Below, piece after piece: positions 47,377 to 56,998 of a stretch of 64,000 bases of DNA. Each line of letters begins with the position of its first letter. Within the stretch, counting starts at the first letter, position 1. The notes beneath the pieces are model-generated. The model ran no database searches, had not been told where the DNA came from, and worked only from the letters and a program-made list of their open reading frames with translations. This DNA is from an uncultured Pseudomonadota bacterium (GTDB lineage: Bacteria > Oederibacteriota > Muellerivitia > Muellerivitales > Muellerivitaceae). Where the stretch lies: positions 960,001 through 1,024,000 of the forward strand of contig CAWIIP010000002.1 of the NCBI GenBank assembly GCA_963836235.1. Reading direction: 5' to 3'. The position numbers were made by a program, and so were the translations under genes.

Positions 47377-50300
47377 TCAATGATGATCATCGTCAAGAAT
47401 TCCCTTGGACTCGGCGGTTCCATCATCTTCGTTGGATAGTTTCCTGTCCGTTGGTTTCACGCTTGAAGAGGATGAAATTTTTTTCATATAAGAAAAATCG
47501 AAAACCCTCAAAGATTGACCAGGTTTTTCCACCATAACGGCCGCCATATAGCGGTTGTCCCTGTCCGGCTGATCCTCCTTGGGTATATTCACAAACAAGC
47601 TTTTCACGAGCACCCTATTGCCCGAAGGAACATCAAAAGGACCAACCGTAGCCAAATCGACGTAATAATTTTTCAAGGTGTCGATTTGGTGTAACACCAA
47701 TCCCTTCAGGTTTTCGGGAGAGTTATTGCGAATTTCCACGCTAATGGGTACCGGAACACCCGCTGGAATTCTTTTGGGAGCGGTCAAAGATACTTCGATA
47801 GGCGAAAGTCCCTCGACTTGTTGCAAGGTCGAAAAAGCTTTTCCACCTGATATGGCCCATTCCATGGAACTATAAGGCCCCCGGACGCCATAAATAATCC
47901 GGTAAAGGTCGTGCCAAAACATTCCCAATCCTGAGTTTACCCCAAACCAATTGTGGAAGGTGTCAACTTCCCGGTCGTAAAGTTCTTCCGGTCCCGGTGG
48001 ATCGATGGATTTTTGAACCCAGTTAAAATCTACCATTTCCCCCATGGCGTACATTCCGTTCGATCGGGAGAGGTAACCCGGCCACTGTTTCTTCATGGAA
48101 GCCATGGTGCCACGGTCACCCTCGTAAAGCATAATGTGGTTATAATTGACCCCAGCATCAATGAACATGGCAGGATCCTGCCCATGTTGGTGTCCCATTT
48201 GCCATCCCAAAGTAAAGGTAAAAACCGGCTTGGACATCTTGGCCTCATCGAGAATGCTTTTTAAAGTCATGGCCACTTTATGGGCCCGCCACCATTGAAA
48301 GAGTTCCACTACTTGAGGATCTTCTTTTTGTTCAACTGTTTTAGCCAACCAGTGGATGCGCTCCTGTTTAGAAAGGGATAAGAAATTATCGGGTTCCGGC
48401 ACATTCAAATCTTTCACGAATTCATCCACCATTTCATACCCTGCCGTACCCGTGCGTACATAGTCCATGCCCACCATATCGATGTCGGGGTCCTTATCCA
48501 ACTCTTTGAGGAAATTGACAATGTCTTGGTGGCGCTTGGAATCCTCCAGAGAAATAAAACGGTTTTGTACGACAGAATCGGTATCCGGATCATAACCCAA
48601 CGAGAATTCGTAAGGCGCTTGGTTCCAAGCGTCCCCGACGACCTTAAATGTTGTCATATAACCCCCGAATTTAAGTCCCGCGACATGGGCGGCTTTGGCA
48701 TATTTGCGCCCCACTTCCATATCGCCGCGGCTAAAGGGAAAATCCTTGGCATTCAAGTGATCCCAAATGGAGGTTTGCCCCATGAGGTAACAATAAGCGT
48801 TCGCGCCCATGAATTGGGCCCACTCAATCGCATTGGAAGCCGTAAGGGAATCACTCCCATCCAACGCTGGAACCGCTCCTCTGATTAACTGCTTACCTCC
48901 TTCCATCGTCAAAGCCGCGTATCCCGGGTAAAGGCCGTTGGGTTTCAATGGAGATAAGGTAAAAGCGGACTCAAAAACCTTTGGTGATCCCCATCGGGGG
49001 GATGTTACCGTGACCTCGGCAATATAAGTTCCTGGAACCGGGTTATAGGGGATGGGCCAATTGCCCGCGAACTTTTTCGAATCCATGTCTCTTTTTAAAT
49101 TTAATTTAGACTGCCCATCCACCATGTTCACCGGTATACCGTTGTGGAAAACCTCGACCACCGCTTGCATTTCAGGAAAAGATGAAATTTCATCCTGGTT
49201 TAATCGTACCTCGAAAGGAACCATCTCAAATCTTAAGTAATTCCTTGTCGGCATAACCGCAATGACGTCGGGGATCATTTGTGAAACCATGGGAACCAAA
49301 AGGCCCATTCTTTTGGACTGGGGAAGAAGGGTTGCCTTGGCCCAAAAAAGCCCACCTCCAATAAATAAAGCTGCGGTTAAGGCCCACCGAAACGAATTCC
49401 GGCCTCGAAACCAACGCGGAATCTCAGCTATAGGAATCTGGGGCGCCGGAAATCTCCATTCCGACTGAGGTTGGGAGTTTGGAACTTCAACAAAAGGCAT
49501 GGGTGAGGTCGACGTTAGGGGCGTCGATTCGGTGAAAGTGGGCTTCAAAAAGGATTGAATTAATTCCCCTTCAGAAAGGGGCGCTGAAGGCGAAACGGCA
49601 TCTTCAACAACCCCACTTAGTTCTTGGACGCTGGTAACTTCTTCTCCACGTTCCACAACAGTTGTTTCTATCCTGGCAATGAAGGTTTCGGCGGGAATGG
49701 ATCTGTTCTGGACCGGAGGCGGATTGGGGGATTTACGTTGAAAAGCAGAACGAATTTTCATGGTGAAAATTTTGAACTTTTCATGAACAAAAAGAAAAGT
49801 TCTATCTCCTATAGAAGTTCTCTTTTGAGTAAATGGCCCCGGACCTTTGGACGTTTTTTGAGTCGATCCGGTTATCTTTTCGACGGCTTCCGCAGAAACC
49901 TTACCCCCGGACCGAAAAACAGAACCCGTTCCCCTTCCTAAAATCCGGACTCCGACGAACAAAACCGCCAGGATGGAAAGGATAAGTCCGAATGCCGCTC
50001 CAAGCTGCTGGCCGACAGCGTGAAAAAGATTGGAAGTCTTTTCCTTGAATGCGTTGAAGTTAGCGGAAATATTCAAGGAAACTGGTTCAACGGGTTTCGA
50101 TAAGCGGAATGGTTCTAACTCGGGTTGGTTGACCGGCGCCGCGACTTCCTGCGGCAATGGGTTTTCGCGAGTGAGACGGACAACCGCCTCCACATGATAG
50201 GTTTGGGGAAACATATCCAAAGGTTGGGCCCAATCCACAACGTAACCATGCTTTACCAACAACGCGAGATCCCGCGCCAAAGTGGAGGGATCACAAGAAA

Positions 50301-51600
50301 CATAAACCAGGCGCTCGGGATGGAACGCCGTCACTCTGGCCAGCACTTCCGGCAAGACTCCCTTTCGGGGGGGGTCCAAGATGGCTGCGTCAATCTGCGT
50401 CAGCCCTTTTTCTTTCAATCCCAGCAGGATGGGAGCCACGTCCCCTTCCAGAAAATCAATGTTGGACCGGTGGTTGAGTTCCGCGTTGATCTTAGCGTCT
50501 TCTACTGCCGGTCCGATTTCCTCCACCCCCACCACATAGTCGGATTTTTCCGAAACCGCCATGGCCAAGGTGCCGATGCCACTATAGAGATCCAGAATCG
50601 TTCCCCATTTTTTCTTGTGGATCGGGTCACCGAGAGCTTCCCTGACAATTGTATGAAGCATATCGGCTTGAAGCGTATTGACTTGAAGGAAGGACTTCAG
50701 CGAAACCTTTAGTTTTAGGTCATCAATGATTTCAAAATAATGATCGCGCCCCGCCAGGGTTCGGGTAGCCTGCCCAAAAACAATATTCGTTCTGGAGGCA
50801 TTGATATTTTGCAAAACTCCCACCAAGCCGGGCGTTTCTTCCACCAACTCTCGAGCGATTCGGGGAAGGATCCCCTCCAGTTCCTCGGGCATCAACGAGG
50901 CCTTTTGAACCCTTTCCTCTGGGACTTCAGTCCGGGTGACAAAAGCCAAAAGAAGTTCCCCGGTTTTGACCCCCTGCCGAACAGCCAAATGTCGAAGAAA
51001 TCCTGCGTGTTTTTTTTCTTGGTAGGGTGTCAGCCCCGATCGGTCGATCTTTTTGAGGACTTTTTGGATGAAGTCATTGATGGCGTCCCCCTGGATGGGA
51101 CATGTGTGGTAGGGGACCAAATGATGGGAACGGGGTTCGTAAATCCCAGAAACAAAATGCCCCTCCCGCATGGAAAGAACCGGCATGGCCTTGTTGCGAT
51201 AGGCAAAAGGCGAAGGTGAGGGCAGGCAAGGCTGGACGGTAACATTCTCAAGGCGGCCGATGCGCTTGAGAGCGTCCACAACGAATTGCCGCTTGGTTTG
51301 AAGTTGTCGGGGATAATTAAAATGTTGCCACTGGCACCCGCCGCATTCCTCAAAAATATCGCAGGGCGGTTCCACCCGGTCCGGCGAACGCCTTAACACG
51401 GAAAGAATTTCCGCCGTGGCGTAATGGTCCTTGACTTGCGTAATACGGGCCTTCACCCTCTCGCCCGGTAAACCACCTGGAACAAAAATAGCGAAATCCT
51501 GATAACGCCCAACTGAATCGCCCCCAAAAGCAAGGGAGGAAATTTCAATCTCAATTTGATCCCCGTGCCGAACGGGTTTAACGACACCGGTATTGTTCAT
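47377..51600 (-). CDS. rlmD: 23S rRNA m5U methyltransferase RlmD fused to a membrane-anchored glycosyl-hydrolase-like domain
   Basis: TRAM domain, C...CGGCQWQH, SFLQVN, LDPPRKG, YVSCDP.TLARD and DMFPQTYHVE in the first ~480 aa; then a linker, a TM helix and a TIM-barrel-like region with DYVR. Confidence 0.8.
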   Translation of the reverse strand: MNNTGVVKPVRHGDQIEIEISSLAFGGDSVGRYQDFAIFVPGGLPGERVKARITQVKDHYATAEILSVLRRSPDRVEPPCDIFEECGGCQWQHFNYPRQLQTKRQFVVDALKRIGRLENVTVQPCLPSPSPFAYRNKAMPVLSMREGHFVSGIYEPRSHHLVPYHTCPIQGDAINDFIQKVLKKIDRSGLTPYQEKKHAGFLRHLAVRQGVKTGELLLAFVTRTEVPEERVQKASLMPEELEGILPRIARELVEETPGLVGVLQNINASRTNIVFGQATRTLAGRDHYFEIIDDLKLKVSLKSFLQVNTLQADMLHTIVREALGDPIHKKKWGTILDLYSGIGTLAMAVSEKSDYVVGVEEIGPAVEDAKINAELNHRSNIDFLEGDVAPILLGLKEKGLTQIDAAILDPPRKGVLPEVLARVTAFHPERLVYVSCDPSTLARDLALLVKHGYVVDWAQPLDMFPQTYHVEAVVRLTRENPLPQEVAAPVNQPELEPFRLSKPVEPVSLNISANFNAFKEKTSNLFHAVGQQLGAAFGLILSILAVLFVGVRILGRGTGSVFRSGGKVSAEAVEKITGSTQKTSKGPGPFTQKRTSIGDRTFLFVHEKFKIFTMKIRSAFQRKSPNPPPVQNRSIPAETFIARIETTVVERGEEVTSVQELSGVVEDAVSPSAPLSEGELIQSFLKPTFTESTPLTSTSPMPFVEVPNSQPQSEWRFPAPQIPIAEIPRWFRGRNSFRWALTAALFIGGGLFWAKATLLPQSKRMGLLVPMVSQMIPDVIAVMPTRNYLRFEMVPFEVRLNQDEISSFPEMQAVVEVFHNGIPVNMVDGQSKLNLKRDMDSKKFAGNWPIPYNPVPGTYIAEVTVTSPRWGSPKVFESAFTLSPLKPNGLYPGYAALTMEGGKQLIRGAVPALDGSDSLTASNAIEWAQFMGANAYCYLMGQTSIWDHLNAKDFPFSRGDMEVGRKYAKAAHVAGLKFGGYMTTFKVVGDAWNQAPYEFSLGYDPDTDSVVQNRFISLEDSKRHQDIVNFLKELDKDPDIDMVGMDYVRTGTAGYEMVDEFVKDLNVPEPDNFLSLSKQERIHWLAKTVEQKEDPQVVELFQWWRAHKVAMTLKSILDEAKMSKPVFTFTLGWQMGHQHGQDPAMFIDAGVNYNHIMLYEGDRGTMASMKKQWPGYLSRSNGMYAMGEMVDFNWVQKSIDPPGPEELYDREVDTFHNWFGVNSGLGMFWHDLYRIIYGVRGPYSSMEWAISGGKAFSTLQQVEGLSPIEVSLTAPKRIPAGVPVPISVEIRNNSPENLKGLVLHQIDTLKNYYVDLATVGPFDVPSGNRVLVKSLFVNIPKEDQPDRDNRYMAAVMVEKPGQSLRVFDFSYMKKISSSSSVKPTDRKLSNEDDGTAESKGILDDDHH

Positions 51601-52213
51601 TCAAGTCCCTATAACCTCGCAGTCATGGTCACAGGCTCAATAAGTGACTCATCACTACGGTTGAAAAAATGGAATTTCTTTGGACCGCTCGCGCAGCTAA
51701 GAAAAACATTCTCATAGGCGATTAAGAAAAAATTTGAGCTGGTCTCTAACAAAACGTCAAAAATTATTTTTAAACACCTTGTTCAATATTATTTTAGCCG
51801 TTTTTCAACCGGGGGCAACCCGCTTCCCTTATTTTACTTGCGCTCTGTTGATGACTTTCAATCCATCTCAATGGCTTATAAAGACTTTTATCCAAACCCT
51901 ATTGAATCTACTACTCTTGGTGGGTTTAGCATTTTCCCCTACCATCCGTCCAGTTTCCGGGAGCCGAATAGGCTTCACACAGGCTTTACCATTCTTACTC
52001 ATTGCCTTTACGGAGAAAAATGGTTTCACCTGAATTTCAGGATGAGATTGGACTAGTACCGAAAGAGGAACTTATGGAGAAATTTGATGGAATTTTCGGA
52101 CTGCGATTAAGACCAGCATGAGATCGAAACAGGCATTAGGCCTAATAGCAGCCCAAGTCGGAACAACATTACTGCTTTAAGTTATACCTTTAAAACACGC
52201 AGCAAAGAATTTT

Positions 52214-52906
52214 TTACTTTTTTGGCGTCGGCGTCGGATTGGGCTTAGGTAAAGAGGAATCTCCTTCCAACCGAATATAATCCAGATACACAACCACAGG
52301 TTGGGTGAATCCATGGGTGTCTACCCAAAAACGCAAGGACCGTATGTTCGTCAAGTCGAGCCTTGCCTGAATCAAGTTATCTAAAGAGATCGAAATAGGA
52401 CTCGCTTTTTTAGACAACAAAAGTCCCGATGTTTCATAGAGGTTGGCGTGTGAATCGGCAACTTGAATGTGGTAGGTCACCGGTTGATCCTGCGCGTCAA
52501 AGGCATCCATCTTTAAATCCGTGTATTCCTGCCATTCATAGACTTTTAACTGGGTAACTGAGGTGGTATCCAAAGCGATTTCAGGCTGCCAAGTAGCCGT
52601 CGGAGTTGGAGCTTGCGCAGGAGAAATCGGGGTTGGAATGGGGAAAAATTGATTTTCGAGGAGAAAAGTAAGTTTGGCGCTGTACTTCCCGTGGGTTTTG
52701 TTTTCGGTGGATGTCTCCATATTAACGTAACCGCCCGTGGTCCATTGAAGATCGTCATCGGGGTATTCAAAATCGGTGATGACTTGGGTTTTAACAGTAT
52801 TTTTGTGTTGCTTAAAACTACGGGTCAAACCGAAGCCCATGGCCAAAACATATAACAAAACGGCGGCCAACAAAACAAAGCCAAGGATGGTCATGGTTCG
52901 ACGCAT
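52214..52906 (-). CDS. Membrane-anchored or secreted CBM-like (galactose-binding-fold) protein
   Basis: N-terminal hydrophobic helix; ITDFE, HGKYSAKLTF, W.EY..L, VYLDYIRL pattern. Confidence 0.55.
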   Translation of the reverse strand: MRRTMTILGFVLLAAVLLYVLAMGFGLTRSFKQHKNTVKTQVITDFEYPDDDLQWTTGGYVNMETSTENKTHGKYSAKLTFLLENQFFPIPTPISPAQAPTPTATWQPEIALDTTSVTQLKVYEWQEYTDLKMDAFDAQDQPVTYHIQVADSHANLYETSGLLLSKKASPISISLDNLIQARLDLTNIRSLRFWVDTHGFTQPVVVYLDYIRLEGDSSLPKPNPTPTPKK

Positions 52907-53089
52907 ATTGATTCCCAGAACATGATTTTAGAAGCGAAGCGGAGGGCATTGTATCAGCCGGGGTTGAGCCCTGCAACTTAGAACCTCGGATAAAACGAGA
53001 GGAAGAGACTCAAAGAAAGGCAAAATCCATCGTTTATCATCAGACTTCCGTTTCCGGACTTATATCTTTAGAGTCGCCTGGTCTTTTCG

Positions 53090-54127
53090 TTAAAACCACT
53101 TCTTCTTCGCGCCGCAGGATTGGCGCACAATCAACTGGGTCGGAACTAAAACTTGGCGGGGTTTTTCGTGATCTGGTTTTCTTATTTTTTCGAGGAGCAT
53201 CCGGGTGGCTTCCACGCTGATGGCCCGATAATCCTGCCGAATGGTCGTCAAGGAATAAGGAGGAGTAAAGGCTTCGGTAATGTCGTCAAACCCCACAATG
53301 GCGATGTCGGCACCTACCGTCAGGCCAGCCTCTTCCGCCTCATCCCAGGCTCCCAAAGCCATCAGGTCATTGGAGGCGAAAACGGCGGTGGGACGTTGTG
53401 GCAAGGCGAGAAGTTTTTTCATCCCTTCCGCGCCCGACTCACGAAGAAAATTACCGTTCACAATATAACCTTCGGGAATAGCCAGCCGATTCTTCTCCAT
53501 GGCCTGTTGAAACCCTTTCAACCGGTCCAAGGCGTTACGCGAAGTGCTCGTCTGACCTGAAATGAAAGCGATTTTTTGATGCCCTAATTTCATCAAGTGC
53601 TCCACCACTTGATTGGCCGCTTCCACATTATCACTGTCCACGTATTCCATGCGCGGGTCATCGGTACGATACCCGATTAAGACCACGGGTATGCGCTGAT
53701 CCATCATTTCAAGAACATCTTTTTCTTCGAGATAAGGCGAAACCATTAAGACCCCATCCACGGCATTGTGATAAACCTTGCGATAAACTTCTTGGGGATC
53801 AAAAACTCCCGCGATCGTGTTGATCAAAAGTCCATATTGGTTCTCCTGAACAACTTCATTGATTCCGTTTAAGAGACCCACATACCAGGCGCTTTGAAGA
53901 TTGAATTGATAGCCGGACCAAGAAAAGAACACCTCAATGAGGTTGGTTTGTTTAACGACCAAACCACGAGCGATGGGATTGGGTTTGAATTTAAGTTCCG
54001 CGATGGACTTTAAGACTTTCTGGCGCGTGTCCTCTTGGACATTAGGATTGTTGTTTAAAACGCGTGAAACCGTTGAAATGGAAACTCCGGATTTTTCAGC
54101 AACATCATAAATGGTTATAGCCACCAT
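53090..54127 (-). CDS. LacI family transcriptional regulator
   Basis: TIYDVAEKSGVSISTVSRVLN HTH, PNPIARGL hinge, VFASNDLMALG, VGFDD, LTTIRQ. Confidence 0.95.
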   Translation of the reverse strand: MVAITIYDVAEKSGVSISTVSRVLNNNPNVQEDTRQKVLKSIAELKFKPNPIARGLVVKQTNLIEVFFSWSGYQFNLQSAWYVGLLNGINEVVQENQYGLLINTIAGVFDPQEVYRKVYHNAVDGVLMVSPYLEEKDVLEMMDQRIPVVLIGYRTDDPRMEYVDSDNVEAANQVVEHLMKLGHQKIAFISGQTSTSRNALDRLKGFQQAMEKNRLAIPEGYIVNGNFLRESGAEGMKKLLALPQRPTAVFASNDLMALGAWDEAEEAGLTVGADIAIVGFDDITEAFTPPYSLTTIRQDYRAISVEATRMLLEKIRKPDHEKPRQVLVPTQLIVRQSCGAKKKWF

Positions 54128-54146
54128 GGCTCCTATCGATAATTGC

Positions 54147-54154
54147 AAGCGCTT
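54147..54154. promoter_or_regulatory. Candidate LacI autoregulatory operator
   Basis: AAGCGCTT palindrome 20 nt upstream of the lacI-like start. Confidence 0.4.
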
Positions 54155-54504
54155 ATCTTTTAGACTTTACGTTTTCAACCTGCTTTCATGACAACCCAAA
54201 GCTATACGAAAAAACAAAATCGAGATGAACTCTTCCTCGCTTCATCAAAAAAGGACTTTCAATGGGCGGCCCGGAATATCGGGCAAAAAGCGAAAAACAA
54301 TTATAAGAAAATTCGGTCTTCACATAAGGCGAAAAACTAAAAGCCTTAAGCAAATTCAACCTTTAAATTATACCGTCCCAGTAAGGAAAAACACATCTTC
54401 CCTAATAGGTAAGATTCTTATTTCACGCTTATGCCATCTATTTTTCATGCCTGCTCTTTCTTTTTGGCTGTAAAATCCCTTGATTCAATTCTTATTTAAG
54501 GAAA

Positions 54505-55329
54505 TTGATGCCTCCATTCCTAAAAATCGCCGTTCAAGCCGCCAAAACCGCCGGACAAATCCACCGAAAACATTATGGAAAAGTCCGATACATCCGATTC
54601 AAGTCCAAAAATAAACTTAATCTTGTCACGGAAGTCGACGACGCTTGCGAAAAGAAAGTCCTGGCCATCCTTAAAAAGAAATTCCCTTTCCACAATTATT
54701 GGGGTGAAGAAAGCGGCCAACAAAGGAACCATTCAGCCTTTACCTGGCTGGTGGATCCTTTGGACGGTACTACGAATTATGCCCATTCCTATCCTTTCTT
54801 TTGCTGTTCAATTGCCTTGGTGCAAAACGAACGGCCGGTTGCCGGGGTTATTTATGACGCGCTTCGTGACGAGTGTTTTACCGCTGAAAAAGGACTTGGA
54901 GCTTTTCTGAACGGCAACCGATTATCGGTTTCCAATATCCCAACCCTGGCTGAAAGTTTAGTAAGCACGGGTTTCGCCTATGCCGTTCGGGAAACTCATT
55001 ACAACCTGGATAATTTCAAGAAATTTGTTTTGACAACCCAAGGAGTCCGAAGGGATGGTTCGGCCGCCATGAACCTGGCCTACGTGGCCGCCGGTCGTTT
55101 TGATGGCTTCTGGGAAAGAGGTATCCAAGCATGGGACATGGCGGCGGGTGTCCTCATGGTGACGGAAGCGGGGGGCAAAGTAACCGATATTACCGGCAAG
55201 CCCTTTGACCTGATGGCCGAAAATGCCCTGGCTACCAATGGCAAAATTCACCGCCAGATATTTGACATTTTAAAAAATGGAAAAGACGAAAAAGTTTGGC
55301 AGGCTAAGTTAGCAAAAAAATCAAAGTAA
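54505..55329 (+). CDS. suhB: Inositol monophosphatase family protein
   Basis: LVTEVD, GEE, WLVDPLDGTTNY, GSAA, WDMAAG. Confidence 0.9.
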   Translation: MMPPFLKIAVQAAKTAGQIHRKHYGKVRYIRFKSKNKLNLVTEVDDACEKKVLAILKKKFPFHNYWGEESGQQRNHSAFTWLVDPLDGTTNYAHSYPFFCCSIALVQNERPVAGVIYDALRDECFTAEKGLGAFLNGNRLSVSNIPTLAESLVSTGFAYAVRETHYNLDNFKKFVLTTQGVRRDGSAAMNLAYVAAGRFDGFWERGIQAWDMAAGVLMVTEAGGKVTDITGKPFDLMAENALATNGKIHRQIFDILKNGKDEKVWQAKLAKKSK

Positions 55330-55358
55330 CCAATTCTCGAAAATGGACATTCATCTTC

Positions 55359-56231
55359 TTAGTTTGTCCATCCCATCAAAAAATCCTCGATCAAATAGGG
55401 CAAGTCATCGTGATAACCACCTTCTAAAAGGGTGAAAGTCGGTACGTTAAAATCCTTGAGCCACTTCCCCATTTTCCGATAATCCTTTTGAACCAAGCCA
55501 AACTGAGTTAAGGGATCTTTCTCGTAAGTATCAAATCCCATTGAAACACCTAACAGATCCGGCTTGAATTGACGGATTTTTTTCATGGCGCTTTCCATGG
55601 CAGAAAAGTAATCTTCTTCACGAGTTCCAGGCGGTAAGGGATAATTTACGCAATTGGCCCGGGACTGTCGGCCGGTACCGGGATAGGCAGGAAATTGATG
55701 GAGAGAAACATACATGAATTCCTCCTTTCCCAGACAAAAATCTTCCGTTCCGTTTCCATGATGGCAATCCAAATCCAAAACCGCGGTCTTTCCAACCAGT
55801 TTACGTTGGTTTACATCCTGGATGGCGATCGCCATGGAATTAAAGTAGCAAAAACCCATAGCGCTATGCGGGGTAGCGTGATGGCCTGGCGGGCGCATGA
55901 GCGAAAAAACCTTTTCTCCTTTCAAGGCTTTCGAAGCGGATTGAAGAGCGGCGCCCACTGCCAATAAACTGCATTCCCAAATTCCGGGAGCCCCGGGGGT
56001 ATCCGGATCAAAGTAACCTTCTTTTTCAACTTGATGAACAATTTGTTCGTCGTGAACGGCTTTAATTTTTTCCAAAGCTGCCGCTTGCGGCTCTTCAAAA
56101 ATATTTACCGGTAATAAGGTTTTTAAATGTTCGAGGGAACGCAAAACTCTTGAGGAGTGTTCGGGATGTCCTGGAATGTCGTACATCCCAGCCTTGATGG
56201 TGGAAAGAATCTTCAGGTTACTTTGGGCCAT
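55359..56231 (-). CDS. Histone deacetylase family (Zn-dependent) protein
   Basis: HPE, RPPGHHA, GFCYFN, DLDCHHGNGT, GFDTYEKDP, LEGGY. Confidence 0.92.
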   Translation of the reverse strand: MAQSNLKILSTIKAGMYDIPGHPEHSSRVLRSLEHLKTLLPVNIFEEPQAAALEKIKAVHDEQIVHQVEKEGYFDPDTPGAPGIWECSLLAVGAALQSASKALKGEKVFSLMRPPGHHATPHSAMGFCYFNSMAIAIQDVNQRKLVGKTAVLDLDCHHGNGTEDFCLGKEEFMYVSLHQFPAYPGTGRQSRANCVNYPLPPGTREEDYFSAMESAMKKIRQFKPDLLGVSMGFDTYEKDPLTQFGLVQKDYRKMGKWLKDFNVPTFTLLEGGYHDDLPYLIEDFLMGWTN

Positions 56232-56676
56232 TACGTTGGCGAATCTTTTCAGCCAGAAGATACTTGTCCAGGCGCATGACATCTTGGCGGTTAATCGCCA
56301 AAATTTTGATCCCGGCCCGGAAAGTACTGCCGTTGCTGCCTGAACTCTCGGACAAAACCCTGACCACTTCAGCCATGAGGGTGATGGGGGTTGGATAACC
56401 CGGCAAATAGAGGTGTATTTCTAAAGCCGAGTCCGCGGGAAAAGCTTCCTGACCCACCAGCGACATGCCCCCCATCGAAAGATCCCGGGTGACGGCATGA
56501 AAAGTAACAGATTTTTTGGACAATTCCGGCAAGTGATCCACGGAAGATTCCCGGTAAGCCGGGTCGGATAATATTTTCACCAGTTCGGCCTTCGGAAGCA
56601 GGAAATAGGTCACTTTGATTGAGGCGTCAATGCGCTCAAATTGCCTTTTTTCCATCCAACCCGTGCGAATCTCCAT
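56218..56676 (-). CDS. PilZ domain protein
   Basis: RxxxR (EKRQFER) and DxSxxG (DLSMGG) c-di-GMP motifs; RBS GAGGTG. Confidence 0.85.
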   Translation of the reverse strand: MEIRTGWMEKRQFERIDASIKVTYFLLPKAELVKILSDPAYRESSVDHLPELSKKSVTFHAVTRDLSMGGMSLVGQEAFPADSALEIHLYLPGYPTPITLMAEVVRVLSESSGSNGSTFRAGIKILAINRQDVMRLDKYLLAEKIRQRNGPK

Positions 56677-56777
56677 CTTCGACACCTCTAAAATTAGCTG
56701 ACAGTTCACGTTCAACAGTCGAAAAGGCAACGCTCAAGAAAATTTCTAGAAATTCAACCTACTGATCGTGAACTTTT

Positions 56778-56990
56778 TTACTTCTTCCAATGAATACAGG
56801 AAACCGGGCAACAATCCATGGCCGATTGGATTTTGACTTCCGTATCCCCCTGGGGATTATAAACTTCCGAAAGGCCATCAGAAGTCATGCGAAAAACCTT
56901 CGGTGTTTCCACGACGCAGGCTTCACAGCCCGTGCATTCATTTTGGTCCACATAAGAAATACGGTTTAATTTTTTGGTTTCGTTGGTCAC
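56778..56990 (-). CDS. Single-cluster ferredoxin
   Basis: CTGCEAC plus distal CPVSCI. Confidence 0.88.
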   Translation of the reverse strand: MTNETKKLNRISYVDQNECTGCEACVVETPKVFRMTSDGLSEVYNPQGDTEVKIQSAMDCCPVSCIHWKK

Positions 56991-56998
56991 CGGACCAC

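Noticed and set aside
51734-52056. Short plus-strand ORFs (99 and 72 aa)
   Set aside because: TTG starts without RBS and no motifs; not supportable as genes.
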